64,000 nt of DNA, taken from assembly GCA_947564425.1 (NCBI GenBank), contig CANOBU010000001.1:158-64157 (forward strand), read 5' to 3'. The notes beneath the pieces are model-generated. The model ran no database searches and was not told the origin of the DNA. It saw only the letters and a program-made list of their open reading frames with translations. Shown piece after piece: positions 8,199-17,247 of this stretch. This DNA comes from an uncultured Eggerthellaceae bacterium. GTDB lineage: Bacteria; Actinomycetota; Coriobacteriia; Coriobacteriales; Eggerthellaceae. Made by a program: the position numbers and the translations under genes. Position 1 is the stretch's first letter. Each line of letters begins with the position of its first letter.

Positions 8199-9179
8199 AT
8201 GCCTGAGTTGCAAGATACCTGGAGCTGGCTGCCTGCGATATACCTGTTCCTCGGCGGCCTGTCCGGCGGCGCATTCCTCACCGTTGCGCTGATCAAGCTG
8301 TTCAAGCCGGGCAAGTTCAAAACCACCGTCATGGGTGGCATGTGGATTGCCGTGGCTGCTTTGGCCGTGGGGCTGTTCTGCCTCATCGCCGAGGTGGAGA
8401 AGCCCTTCCAGGCAATCGTGATGTTCCAGAGCTTCGTGAATTTCGGCTCCTGGATGACCATCGGCGCCTGGATCCTGTTCGCTGCGTTCATCGTGTTCCT
8501 GCTGAGCGCCCTGCTGGCCACCGATAAGGTGACCGATTGGCTGGCGAAGTCGTGGAAGAAGCTGCCGGAGATCCAGGGGACCCTGGGCAAGGTGCTTGCC
8601 ATAATCGGTGCCGTCCTGGCGGTGTGCGTGGCCGTGTATACCGGCATCCTGCTGGGTGCGGCCCCGGCCATCCCCCTGTGGAACACCTGGCTGCTGCCGG
8701 CGCTGTTCACTGTATCCGCCTTCGATACCGGCTTGGCGGCGGTGCTCATCCTGGCGGCCTTCGTCGAGCGCGACGGTGCCTTCGCACCCATCCGCGACCT
8801 GCTGGAGAAGGTGGTCATGGGCCTGGTGGTGCTCGAGGCCATCGTGCTGGCGGCTTTCGTGGCCACCATGCAGGGCGGCGGCACCAACGAGGCCGTTTCG
8901 GTGGGAATCCTCACATCCGGCCAGCTGTCGGGCCAGTTCTGGGGCCTGGTGGTCGTAGTGGGCCTGGCGCTGCCCCTGGCGGCGGCCCTGGCGCAGGTGC
9001 TGCTCTCGCGCAAGCGGGAAGACAAGCAGGTGGCGGTGGCGCTGCCCGTGGCCGGGGGCGCTTGCGCCCTGGTGGGCGGCTTCACCCTGCGTTTCGTAGT
9101 GCTGGCAGCGGGCATCCATGCCGCGCTGGTCAGCCCGGCGGTATTGCAGGCGGTCGAGGGAATCTCGATTTTCCTGTAA
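8199..9179 (+). CDS. NrfD/PsrC-type polytopic membrane anchor subunit
   Basis: GAAAGGAGG lies upstream. The N-terminus WSWLPAIYLFLGGLSGGAFL is typical of NrfD-family anchors. The protein is hydrophobic throughout (about 8 helices by eye). Confidence 0.85.
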   Translation: MPELQDTWSWLPAIYLFLGGLSGGAFLTVALIKLFKPGKFKTTVMGGMWIAVAALAVGLFCLIAEVEKPFQAIVMFQSFVNFGSWMTIGAWILFAAFIVFLLSALLATDKVTDWLAKSWKKLPEIQGTLGKVLAIIGAVLAVCVAVYTGILLGAAPAIPLWNTWLLPALFTVSAFDTGLAAVLILAAFVERDGAFAPIRDLLEKVVMGLVVLEAIVLAAFVATMQGGGTNEAVSVGILTSGQLSGQFWGLVVVVGLALPLAAALAQVLLSRKREDKQVAVALPVAGGACALVGGFTLRFVVLAAGIHAALVSPAVLQAVEGISIFL

Positions 9180-9255
9180 TCTTGTAGTATGCAGTATGTA
9201 CAGCGGCGGCAAGCGCCGGTTTGATGGGGCGTCCCATCGGAGAGGGGAATGCGCA

Positions 9256-9870
9256 ATGGATGATGCCATCGCCTTGGCTCGCGATAGGATGCTGACCTAC
9301 CAGCTGCTGTCGTCGCTGTATCTCAAAGAGGTCACAGCCGACCTCCTGGCCCTGATGGGCCGGGAACCCTCCCTCCAAAGCGGGAAGCTCGGAGAGTATA
9401 TCTCCGGGCTTCCCGCGGCTGATCTGGAAGAGGCGCGGGTGGATGCCGCCTCCGATTTCGCGGCCCTGTTCCTGGGGATGTCCGCCGATCCGGTGGCGCC
9501 CTATGAATCGGTCTACACCAGCCCGGAGCATCTGCTGATGCAGGACGCCCGCGATGAGGTTCTGGCCGCCTACCGGCAGGAGGGCCTGGGTTATGCGGGA
9601 GCCGATAACCTGCCGGAAGACCACATAGGCACCGAGTTCGAGTTCATGGCGAAGCTCTGCGAGGCCGAGGTTGCGGCTTTGGAGGCGGGGGACGCCGCCG
9701 AAGCGGAGCGCTTGCGCGATGTCCAGCGCTCCTTCATACGGGAGCATCTGGCGGTTTGGGTCCCGCAGTTCTGCGACGATGTGGAGGCGCGTGCCCGCAC
9801 GCTCTTCTACGGAGGGCTGGCCGAGGTGACGCGCCAGCTGGTCGCCTCGGAAGCGGATTGGGCGGAGTGA
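9256..9870 (+). CDS. TorD/DmsD-family molecular chaperone for the Mo enzyme
   Basis: In frame with ORF 9118..9870. ATG 9256 follows GGAGAGGGG. Contains LTYQLLSSLYLKEV...APYESVYTS...PEDHIGTEFEFMAKL, matching TorD-family hallmarks. Confidence 0.8.
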   Translation: MDDAIALARDRMLTYQLLSSLYLKEVTADLLALMGREPSLQSGKLGEYISGLPAADLEEARVDAASDFAALFLGMSADPVAPYESVYTSPEHLLMQDARDEVLAAYRQEGLGYAGADNLPEDHIGTEFEFMAKLCEAEVAALEAGDAAEAERLRDVQRSFIREHLAVWVPQFCDDVEARARTLFYGGLAEVTRQLVASEADWAE

Positions 9871-10030
9871 CGCGGCGATGGATACCGCCGGAGTAATGGA
9901 GGCCGTGCAGTTCGGCTGCCCCGTCAGGGATTCCTCTCTGGCGGCCCGCAAGGATAAAAGGTATGATTTGCCTTTAGCCGAAATCAGGGCGAAAGACAGG
10001 TCCTACGTGCCGCAGATGCCTTCATCGGAG

Positions 10031-10405
10031 ATGATCTCCATAGACCCCGACAGCGGGGTCCCCATCTGGCTGCAGCTGCGCAACCGGCTGGTGTTCCTCA
10101 TCGCCTCGGGGCGCTATGTCCCCGGCGACAAGCTGCCCACCGTGCGCGAGCTGGCGGTGGAGCTCGGAGTGAACTACAACACCGTGAGCAAGGTGTATCA
10201 GGATATCGAGCGCGACGGCTATATCATATCCCGCCGCGGCAAGGGCACCTTCGTGGCCGAGCGGCAGATGGAAGAGGCCCAAGCCGACCTCGGCGAGGTG
10301 GAGGTGCTTACCGACGATTACATCCGGCAATGCCTGGAGCTGGGGGTGCCCCTCGGCGATATCGCCGGCCTGGTGGCCTGTCGCGTAGAGGGGATGGATG
10401 GATAG
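10031..10405 (+). CDS. GntR-family transcriptional regulator (short YtrA-like type)
   Basis: In frame with ORF 9878..10405. Start set at ATG 10031 (MISIDPDSGVPIWLQLRNRL), the usual YtrA N-terminus. The HTH reads LPTVRELAVELGVNYNTVSKVYQDIERDGYI. About 124 aa. Confidence 0.8.
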   Translation: MISIDPDSGVPIWLQLRNRLVFLIASGRYVPGDKLPTVRELAVELGVNYNTVSKVYQDIERDGYIISRRGKGTFVAERQMEEAQADLGEVEVLTDDYIRQCLELGVPLGDIAGLVACRVEGMDG

Positions 10406-10450
10406 GGACCCGCTGTGGGGCGGGCATGGCCAAAAGGCAGGGGAGCAAGC

Positions 10451-11374
10451 GTGTCCAAACGTAAGAAGGCCGAGGCTGCGGCTGTCGGCAACGATACCAC
10501 CGGCACCGGCCATTCGGTTGCCGAAACCGAGATAGAGCCCAACGACGCCTCGCGGGGCGGCGTGTACCTTTTCGCCATCCTGGTGTTCTGCGTAGGCTTC
10601 CTGGCAGTGTTCCTGGCTACGATGCAGTGGCTCTCGCCCCTCACCGTGGCCCTGGCTGTGGCTGTGGGCTTCCTGCTGATGTCCACGGTGCGCATCGTTC
10701 CCCAATGGGAACGGGCCGTGGTGCTGCGGCTGGGAAAGTACCATCGCATCGCCGGTCCCGGCGTGTACGTCTGCGTCCCCTTCCTCGACCACTCTGCCAT
10801 ACACGTGGACCTGCGCATCCGCACCGCCTCGTTCTCGGCCGAAGCGGCCCTTACGGCCGATCTGGTGCCCGTCGATGTGGATGCCATCCTGTTCTGGATG
10901 GTATGGGATCCCAAGAAGGCCTGCTTCGAGGTGGAGAACTACCCCAAGGCGGTGCTGCGCTCGGCCCAGACCGCCATGCGCGATGTGATAGGCCAGCTGA
11001 ACCTGGCCGATGTGTCCACGCGCCGCAAGCAGATCGACCACGAATTGGAAGAGGCCCTGGGCGAGAAATGCGAGCAATGGGGCATCACCGTGATGTCGGT
11101 GGAGATACGCGACATCATGATTCCCCCGGAGCTGCAGGACGCCCTCTCGAAAGAGGCTCAGGCCGAGCGCGAGCGCAATGCCCGGCTGCTGCTGGCCGAG
11201 GTCGAGAAGGATATCTCGGAGATGTTCGTGGAAGCGGCCGAGGTCTACGACAAGAACCCCCGCGCTATGAAGCTGCGCGCCATGAACCTGGCCTACGAGG
11301 GCGCCAAGGATTCCCGGGGCATATTGCTGGCCCCCAGCGCCCTGGCCGACGGCTTCGACATCGGCAAGCTCTAG
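10451..11374 (+). CDS. SPFH/band-7 (stomatin/slipin-like) membrane protein
   Basis: In frame with ORF 10415..11374 (GTG). I prefer GTG 10451 behind AGGGGAG, but the start is uncertain. One N-terminal TM segment, then VPQWERAVVLRLGKYHRIAGPGVY and a typical SPFH core followed by an EAQAERERNA coiled-coil. Confidence 0.8.
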   Translation: MSKRKKAEAAAVGNDTTGTGHSVAETEIEPNDASRGGVYLFAILVFCVGFLAVFLATMQWLSPLTVALAVAVGFLLMSTVRIVPQWERAVVLRLGKYHRIAGPGVYVCVPFLDHSAIHVDLRIRTASFSAEAALTADLVPVDVDAILFWMVWDPKKACFEVENYPKAVLRSAQTAMRDVIGQLNLADVSTRRKQIDHELEEALGEKCEQWGITVMSVEIRDIMIPPELQDALSKEAQAERERNARLLLAEVEKDISEMFVEAAEVYDKNPRAMKLRAMNLAYEGAKDSRGILLAPSALADGFDIGKL

Positions 11375-11383
11375 CCCTTTCCT

Positions 11384-11407
11384 ACCTGTCCGCGCCGAGG
11401 GCGGGTT
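11384..11407. repeat. half-copy of the 4735-4758 hairpin arm
   Basis: The 24 nt acctgtccgcgccgagggcgggtt are identical to 4735-4758. The partner arm and the core are absent. The last 2 nt overlap the TAA stop (11408-11406) of the antiporter gene. Confidence 0.8.
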
Positions 11408-13184
11408 ACAGGGTGAGCTGCTGGATGTACACGTCGTTGCGCAGCTCTTTGGCGTGGTCGGGGGTCAGGCGCCCTTCCTTGCGCATGGCCTTTATGTATT
11501 CGAGCTCGCGGGCCAGGGCCTGGGCCTGCACGTCCTCCACGGCGTCGTAGACAGCCCGTAAGGCGCGGAATTGCGCTGTGAGCGAGAAGGATTCCCCGGC
11601 CCCCTCGTCGTCATCGTCATCGATTCCCCGCACCTTCTCGGCCACTTCGTCGAAGCGCTCGTACAGGGCATCGGTTTCCTCCACCAGGGCCCGACAGCGG
11701 GCTGCGCAATCCGGGGAGGCATGGGGGATGAGCTCTTCCAGCTGGTCGCTGTAGCGCTTCAGCACGATTACCGTGGCCGGCTCATCTGCATCATCGCCCT
11801 CGGCCAAGGGGCTTTCCATCTGCACGGCGCCGGTGAGGTGGGCATCGGCGCGGATGGATTCCATCACGCGCTCGATCAGCTCCGCTTCCAGGTCGGTACG
11901 CTCGCGTACGCGCTTCGCCTCGCGTTTATGGGGCACCAGCAGGGGCACGGCGAAGTTCGCCAGCAGCAGCGAGCCCAAGATGACGCCCGATGCGATGGAG
12001 ATGACCGTCTCGCGCAGGATGGGGTCGTCCCCGGCAGCGAAGGCGGCGGGTATGGTCAGCATAAGCGACAGGGTGATGCCGCCCTTCGGCCCGGCGAAGG
12101 CCATGGCCAGGGCCCCCTTCAGGGCCGTTTTCGACAGCAGCGTGCGCAGGGGCTTGCCGGAGGCCTTTGCATGGACGGCATCGAGGGCGCATATCCACAG
12201 GAACCGCACGCCTTCCAGCACGATGAGCAGCACTGCCATAGCGCCTATCAGTGCGGCGGGGTCGGCGATGGCGCCCTCGGCGGCCGGCTGCAGCACCCGG
12301 GGCAGCTGCATGCCCAATATGACGAAGATGATGCCGTTCAGCACGAATTCGATGGTCTTCCACACCCCGGCGGATTGCAGGCGCTGCCGGGCGCTCTGCA
12401 CGTTGTGGCGATGGGGCAGCAGCGACATGGCCAGGCCTGCGGCCACCACGGCTATCACGGCGCCGATATGCAGCTGCTTGGCGGCCAGGTATATCACGAA
12501 CGGCATCAGCAGCTCCAAGGTCACATGCACCGTGGGGTTGTCCAGGCCGCGCCGGCGCATGAATTCCAGGATGGCCCAGGCCGCCGTGCCCATCAGGCCG
12601 CCGCCGATAAGGCCGCCGAACAGGTCCAACGCGAACTCCTCGCCGGCATGCATGAGCGACAGCGCGCCCGAGACCGCGAACCCGATGGCCATCTGGAAGA
12701 TCACCGTGCCCGTCACATCGTTGAACAGGGCCTCGCCCATCAGCAGCGTCTCGTGGCGCTTGCCGAAGCGGAAATCCTTCGACAGCGCCGTCACAGCGGG
12801 GGCGTCGGTGGACCCCATGGCGCCTCCCAGCGCGAAGGCCACGGCCAGCGGGATGGCGGGCAGCAGCGCATGCAGCGTGAATCCCACCGCCAGCACGATG
12901 GCCACCACCAGCCCCACGGCCAGCGAGGCGATGGCCCAGCGGTTGGCCCACAGCGCTCCGGAGTCGGCATGGCGCGATTCGTTGAAGTGCAGGGGGGCTA
13001 TGAACAGGATCAGCAGCAGCTCGGGATCGATGCCGCTCTGCAAGGGCGTGGTGACGAGCAGCGCGATGAGCGCCCCCAGGGCGATCTGCACCAAGGGCAG
13101 CGACAAGCCGGGCAGCAGCTTGTCGAGGACAGACGAGGCCACCACCGCCGCCAACAGGAACAGCACCAGCTCCAAGGCTCCCAT
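11406..13184 (-). CDS. Na+/H+ antiporter (CPA1/NhaP-type) with cytoplasmic C-terminal domain
   Basis: In frame with ORF 11406..13244. ATG 13184 follows GGAGGGA. The N-terminus reads MGALELVLFLLAAVVASSVLDKLLPGLSLPLVQIALG, with ...EALFNDVTGTV (the CPA1 hallmark). About 12 TM segments plus a soluble tail of about 170 aa. Confidence 0.85.
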   Translation of the reverse strand: MGALELVLFLLAAVVASSVLDKLLPGLSLPLVQIALGALIALLVTTPLQSGIDPELLLILFIAPLHFNESRHADSGALWANRWAIASLAVGLVVAIVLAVGFTLHALLPAIPLAVAFALGGAMGSTDAPAVTALSKDFRFGKRHETLLMGEALFNDVTGTVIFQMAIGFAVSGALSLMHAGEEFALDLFGGLIGGGLMGTAAWAILEFMRRRGLDNPTVHVTLELLMPFVIYLAAKQLHIGAVIAVVAAGLAMSLLPHRHNVQSARQRLQSAGVWKTIEFVLNGIIFVILGMQLPRVLQPAAEGAIADPAALIGAMAVLLIVLEGVRFLWICALDAVHAKASGKPLRTLLSKTALKGALAMAFAGPKGGITLSLMLTIPAAFAAGDDPILRETVISIASGVILGSLLLANFAVPLLVPHKREAKRVRERTDLEAELIERVMESIRADAHLTGAVQMESPLAEGDDADEPATVIVLKRYSDQLEELIPHASPDCAARCRALVEETDALYERFDEVAEKVRGIDDDDDEGAGESFSLTAQFRALRAVYDAVEDVQAQALARELEYIKAMRKEGRLTPDHAKELRNDVYIQQLTL

Positions 13185-13356
13185 GGCATCCCTCCTCTGC
13201 TTCGACGACCACCGAATTCCAGCACCCGGAAACGATTCTTGCATTTTATCCCGTTGCAGGGGCTGTCGGCCTTAACGGTTTGATGGCAGGTTGCGGGACG
13301 GCCGGCTGCCGGTGCGGAGCCGCTGCTAGCATGAACAGGGGAGAAGGGGGTGGACC

Positions 13357-15315
13357 ATGCCCACATTCAAAGAGTTCATGGCCGTGGCCGAGATGACCGT
13401 GAAGGACAAGACCTCCTCGAAGCGCATGGAGGAGATCCTGGCCATCATGCGCAAATACCATGTGGCCCGGGGCCTCACGCCCCAGAAGGCCGTGGATATC
13501 CTGGAGGCCCTGGGCCCCACCTATGTGAAGATCGGCCAGATGGCCTCGAGCCGCAGCGACATCCTGCCGGCCGCGTATTGCAGGGCCTTCGAGAAGCTGC
13601 AGGCCAATGTGTCGCCCATGGATTTCGCCACCGTGCAGCAATGCCTCGATGAGGCCTATGGCGCCCCGTGGCAGACGGTCTTCGCCTCCATCGACGAGAA
13701 GCCCCTGGGCTCGGCCAGCATCGCCCAGGTGCACAAGGCCGTGCTGCTGGACGGCCCTGTGGTGGCGGTGAAGGTGCGGCGTCCCGGCATCGTGCAGCAG
13801 ATGGCCGAGGACATAACCATGATGAAGCACATCCTGGCCTGGGGCGAGTTCGCGATACCCTCGAAGCAGTCCATGATGCTGAATCTGGAGAGCTTCGTCA
13901 CCGAGTTGGAGCGAACCACGGCCAACGAGGTGGATTTCACGGTTGAGCTGCAGAACCTCGTGCGCTTCCATCGGCAGATCCAAGGCCAGGAGGGGGTATC
14001 ATCCCCGCTGCCTTATCCGGAGGCCAGCCGGGAATCGGTGCTGGTCATGGAATACGTGCAGGGCATCGAGGTGGACGACCTGGCGCGTCGCTGCGCCCCG
14101 GCGGCTGCCGAGGGGGCCCAGGGCTCCCCGGACGGCTTCGCCTTCAGCCTGGAGCGCGAGGTGCCCACGGGGCTCGATGTGGCGGTGCAGGCCGGCGACG
14201 GCTTCAGCCTGAGCGCCGCCCCCACCGGCACGGCCGACGTGGCGGTGGATGTATCCGGCGGCCGCGGGGCCGATGGGGCCGTGAGCCTTGCGGTGAAGCC
14301 GTCGGTCCGAGCTCGGCCGACCGCAGGCGGTGAGGGCGCAGCAGACGCCCAGCAGCCCTCCGATGGCGCCGGCACCGTGGCCGACGCGGATGCTTCGGCC
14401 GATGCCTGCCCCGACATGGCCGCCATCGCCCGTCGCCTGGTGCAGAGCTATGTCACCCAGGTGCTCGACGACGGGTTCTTCCATGCCGACCCGCATCCGG
14501 GCAACATCGTGGTGCGGGGCGACCAGATCGTGTGGATCGACCTGGGTATGGTGGGTACCCTCACAGCGGCTCAGCGGGCCCTGGTCAGCCAGATGTTCCA
14601 TGCCGTCACCGCCAACAACGCCTACCAGCTGAAAGAGGCCGTGCTGGCGCTTTCCACGGTGCGCGGCGAGGTCGATCAGGGGCAGCTGCTGGGCCAGATG
14701 ACCGTCCTGCTGCAGAAATACGGCAATGCGGACCTGTCGGATATCAACATAGGCGAGATGTTCGAGGAGGTCATCGAGGTCATGCGCAGCCAGAACCTCA
14801 TCGTGGCGCCGTCGGTCACCATGCTGGCCCGGGGCGTGATGACCATCGAGGGCGTGCTGGCCGAGATAGCCCCCGACACCAACGTGCTGAAAGTGGTGTC
14901 GGACCACGTGCTGAAGCAGGAGTTCGCCCCCGGCCATGTGCGCAGCCGTCTGATAGGCCTGGCAGGGGCCACGGCCGAGTCCGCCGAGGCGGTCACGCGC
15001 CTGCCGCGCCAGGTATCGGACACGCTGGATATGCTGGGGCGCGGCGAGCTGACCGTGGTGGGCGATATGCGCTTCCCCGAGAATGCGCTGGCAACGATCT
15101 ATGCCGTGGCGGGGCGGCTGTCGCTGGCCATCATCGCAGTGGGGCTCTTCCTGGGGTCCTCCATCCTGTGCACCACCGCCATGGAACCGCGGTTCCTCGG
15201 CGTGCCGCTGCTGGGGGCGTTCGGGTTCCTGGGTGCCTTCGTGCTGAGCGTGTACGTCATCGTACGCACCATGCAGAGCCGCCACGATATGAAGAACAAC
15301 AAGAAGCTCAGATAA
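13357..15315 (+). CDS. ABC1/UbiB-family atypical kinase with low-complexity insertion and two C-terminal TM helices
   Basis: GGAGAAGGGGG lies upstream. Contains LGPTYVKIGQMASSRSDILP, ASIAQVHKAVL, VAVKVRRPG and FFHADPHPGNIVV, which are ABC1 signatures. A Gly/Ala/Asp-rich insert of about 110 aa sits in the middle. Confidence 0.85.
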   Translation: MPTFKEFMAVAEMTVKDKTSSKRMEEILAIMRKYHVARGLTPQKAVDILEALGPTYVKIGQMASSRSDILPAAYCRAFEKLQANVSPMDFATVQQCLDEAYGAPWQTVFASIDEKPLGSASIAQVHKAVLLDGPVVAVKVRRPGIVQQMAEDITMMKHILAWGEFAIPSKQSMMLNLESFVTELERTTANEVDFTVELQNLVRFHRQIQGQEGVSSPLPYPEASRESVLVMEYVQGIEVDDLARRCAPAAAEGAQGSPDGFAFSLEREVPTGLDVAVQAGDGFSLSAAPTGTADVAVDVSGGRGADGAVSLAVKPSVRARPTAGGEGAADAQQPSDGAGTVADADASADACPDMAAIARRLVQSYVTQVLDDGFFHADPHPGNIVVRGDQIVWIDLGMVGTLTAAQRALVSQMFHAVTANNAYQLKEAVLALSTVRGEVDQGQLLGQMTVLLQKYGNADLSDINIGEMFEEVIEVMRSQNLIVAPSVTMLARGVMTIEGVLAEIAPDTNVLKVVSDHVLKQEFAPGHVRSRLIGLAGATAESAEAVTRLPRQVSDTLDMLGRGELTVVGDMRFPENALATIYAVAGRLSLAIIAVGLFLGSSILCTTAMEPRFLGVPLLGAFGFLGAFVLSVYVIVRTMQSRHDMKNNKKLR

Positions 15316-15395
15316 GCGCCTGGGCGCATTCCGGCCGCTTGGGCCTGCCGTCCCGCTGGGCGCTCCGGGCTATGCCGCACGAAGCCATCCGGCGC

Positions 15396-16046
15396 CTAGC
15401 CCAGCACGCCGCAGAGAATGAGCTGCGTGTAGGAGGCTATGCAGCACAGGGCGAACACGCCTACCACGATGCCGAATGCGATGTTGGCCGTGCGGGGCTT
15501 CAGGGCGCGGAACCCCTCGCAGATCAGCGGGTACAGGAACCATACGTAGATGAGCGCCATGAGCCCTATGAAGACATCGTTCACCAGCCATGCCTGGCCC
15601 AGCACATTGAAGGGCAGCTGCGAGTTGTCCCAATAGGGGTATTCGCCGAACTCGTCGGGCTGGTTCACCAGCAGGCCGATGATGAGCTCCATCAGCATGC
15701 TGAGCACCACCACGACCACGAAGGTCTCCAGCAGCGCCCCCCACAGGGTCTTGCGGTGCACGATGATGCGCTCCTTGAAGGGCTCGATGAAAAGCGTCAT
15801 CAGCACGGCCCCTATGCCGTAGACCCAATAGGGGTGGTACCAGGGATCGATCCAGATGGCGTAATCGGGCTCCACGATGCCGAACAGCGAGTTCATGATC
15901 ACGCAGTACAGGCCCTCGAGCCAATGGCCCACTATGCAGAAGATGCAGAAGCTGGCTATGAGGGATCGCCAGAACTCCCAGGTGCGCGGTTTGAAGTAGC
16001 CGATTTCGTCATCTTTGGTCAGCTTATGCAGCTTCAACTGCTTCAT
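15396..16046 (-). CDS. polytopic membrane protein (tentatively DUF1113 / 'ABC-transporter type IV'-like)
   Basis: In frame with ORF 15396..16184. Start set at ATG 16046 (MKQLKLHKLTKDD). Multiple hydrophobic segments rich in aromatic residues. The family call is tentative and from memory only. Confidence 0.55.
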   Translation of the reverse strand: MKQLKLHKLTKDDEIGYFKPRTWEFWRSLIASFCIFCIVGHWLEGLYCVIMNSLFGIVEPDYAIWIDPWYHPYWVYGIGAVLMTLFIEPFKERIIVHRKTLWGALLETFVVVVVLSMLMELIIGLLVNQPDEFGEYPYWDNSQLPFNVLGQAWLVNDVFIGLMALIYVWFLYPLICEGFRALKPRTANIAFGIVVGVFALCCIASYTQLILCGVLG

Positions 16047-16329
16047 CCGCGGCCTATCCTCGGTCCTCTTCGCCGGCGCACGGAAGCGCGAACGGCTGCA
16101 GGGCAGGCCGTTCGCCCGGGGTTGCGTTTCGATGGTTTCGGTTGTCGGGTTCAGTGGCAGGCTTCCTATCGTTTTTGCTCGCATCCATGATAAGCGCCCT
16201 CACAGAATCCCGACGAAGCGGCAGGCAAACAGTTACCTTCCGCGGGGTTGCAGCGATATGCCAGGGGCGGTCCCGGCAACGGGCCGGTAAGCGATGGGGC
16301 GGCCCGCTGCCGGCGCGGGCCGCCTCTTC

Positions 16330-16335
16330 TATAAT
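16330..16335 (+). promoter_or_regulatory. TATAAT -10 box; possible leaderless start of thrE-like gene
   Basis: A perfect TATAAT at 16330-16335 ends 6 nt before ATG 16342. This spacing fits a transcript that begins at or next to the start codon. Confidence 0.35.
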
Positions 16336-16341
16336 GGCGCT

Positions 16342-17241
16342 ATGGATACGATGCTGCAGAATAGGACGGAGCCGGGGCTGTGCGCCGCTGGGCAGGGAGC
16401 GCCCGAGGTGCCTTACAGGGCCGATGGGGAAGGGGCGCCCGGGATGTCCCCTGCAGACGGCTGCGAGACCACAGGGGAAGAGGTGCTCCGGCGCTCGGTG
16501 CTGCCGTGCCTGCTGGATATCGGGGCGGCCATGCTGGGTGCGGGGGCCGATGTGCGCCATGTGGAGCGCATGCTGGATAAGCTGGGCCGCGCCTACGGTG
16601 CCCGGCGGATGGACGTCTTCGTGATCACGACGCTCATGGTGGTTACCATAACGCTGCCCTCGGAGCGCGAGCATACCCTCTCGCGGCGGGTCGATTCCAT
16701 CGCCGCCACCGATTACACGAAGTTGCAGGCCCTCGACCGGCTGTGCAGCGGATGCTGCAGGGAGCCCTTGCCAGCCGACGAGCTCCACCGGCGCTTCCGC
16801 ACCATCGCGGACGGCCGCCAGGGCGACGGGCGGCTCTTCGCAGGCGGTGTGCTGGCCATCGCCGCCTTCGCGGTGTTCTTCGGGGGCAGCTGGGTGGATG
16901 CCCTGGCGGCGGCCCTGGTGGGGGTGTTCGTGTGCTACACCATGAAGTGCTGGCGCCCCTTCTTCCCGAACTACCTCATATACAACTTCACAGCGGCGCT
17001 GGCCTCGGGGCTCATCATAGGGGCGGCGGGGCTTTTGGTGCCGGGGCTGCAGAGCAGCGTGATCATCATCGGGGTGATCATGATACTCATTCCGGGCATA
17101 CCCATCACCAACGCCATCCGCGACCTCATCGCCGGCGATACCCTCACCGGCATCATGCGGCTGGTGGAGAGCCTGCTGTGGGCCCTGGCCCTGGCCCTGG
17201 GGTTCGTGGTGGCGCTTATGGTCGTCGGATGGGTGGGGTGA
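16342..17241 (+). CDS. threonine/serine exporter family protein, ThrE N-terminal type (DUF1212)
   Basis: In frame with ORF 16294..17241. Contains LLDIGAAMLGAGADVRHVERMLDKLGRAYG followed by 5 TM segments. The start is ambiguous (16294, 16342, 16351 or 16444). Confidence 0.75.
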   Translation: MDTMLQNRTEPGLCAAGQGAPEVPYRADGEGAPGMSPADGCETTGEEVLRRSVLPCLLDIGAAMLGAGADVRHVERMLDKLGRAYGARRMDVFVITTLMVVTITLPSEREHTLSRRVDSIAATDYTKLQALDRLCSGCCREPLPADELHRRFRTIADGRQGDGRLFAGGVLAIAAFAVFFGGSWVDALAAALVGVFVCYTMKCWRPFFPNYLIYNFTAALASGLIIGAAGLLVPGLQSSVIIIGVIMILIPGIPITNAIRDLIAGDTLTGIMRLVESLLWALALALGFVVALMVVGWVG

Positions 17242-17247
17242 GGCCCC

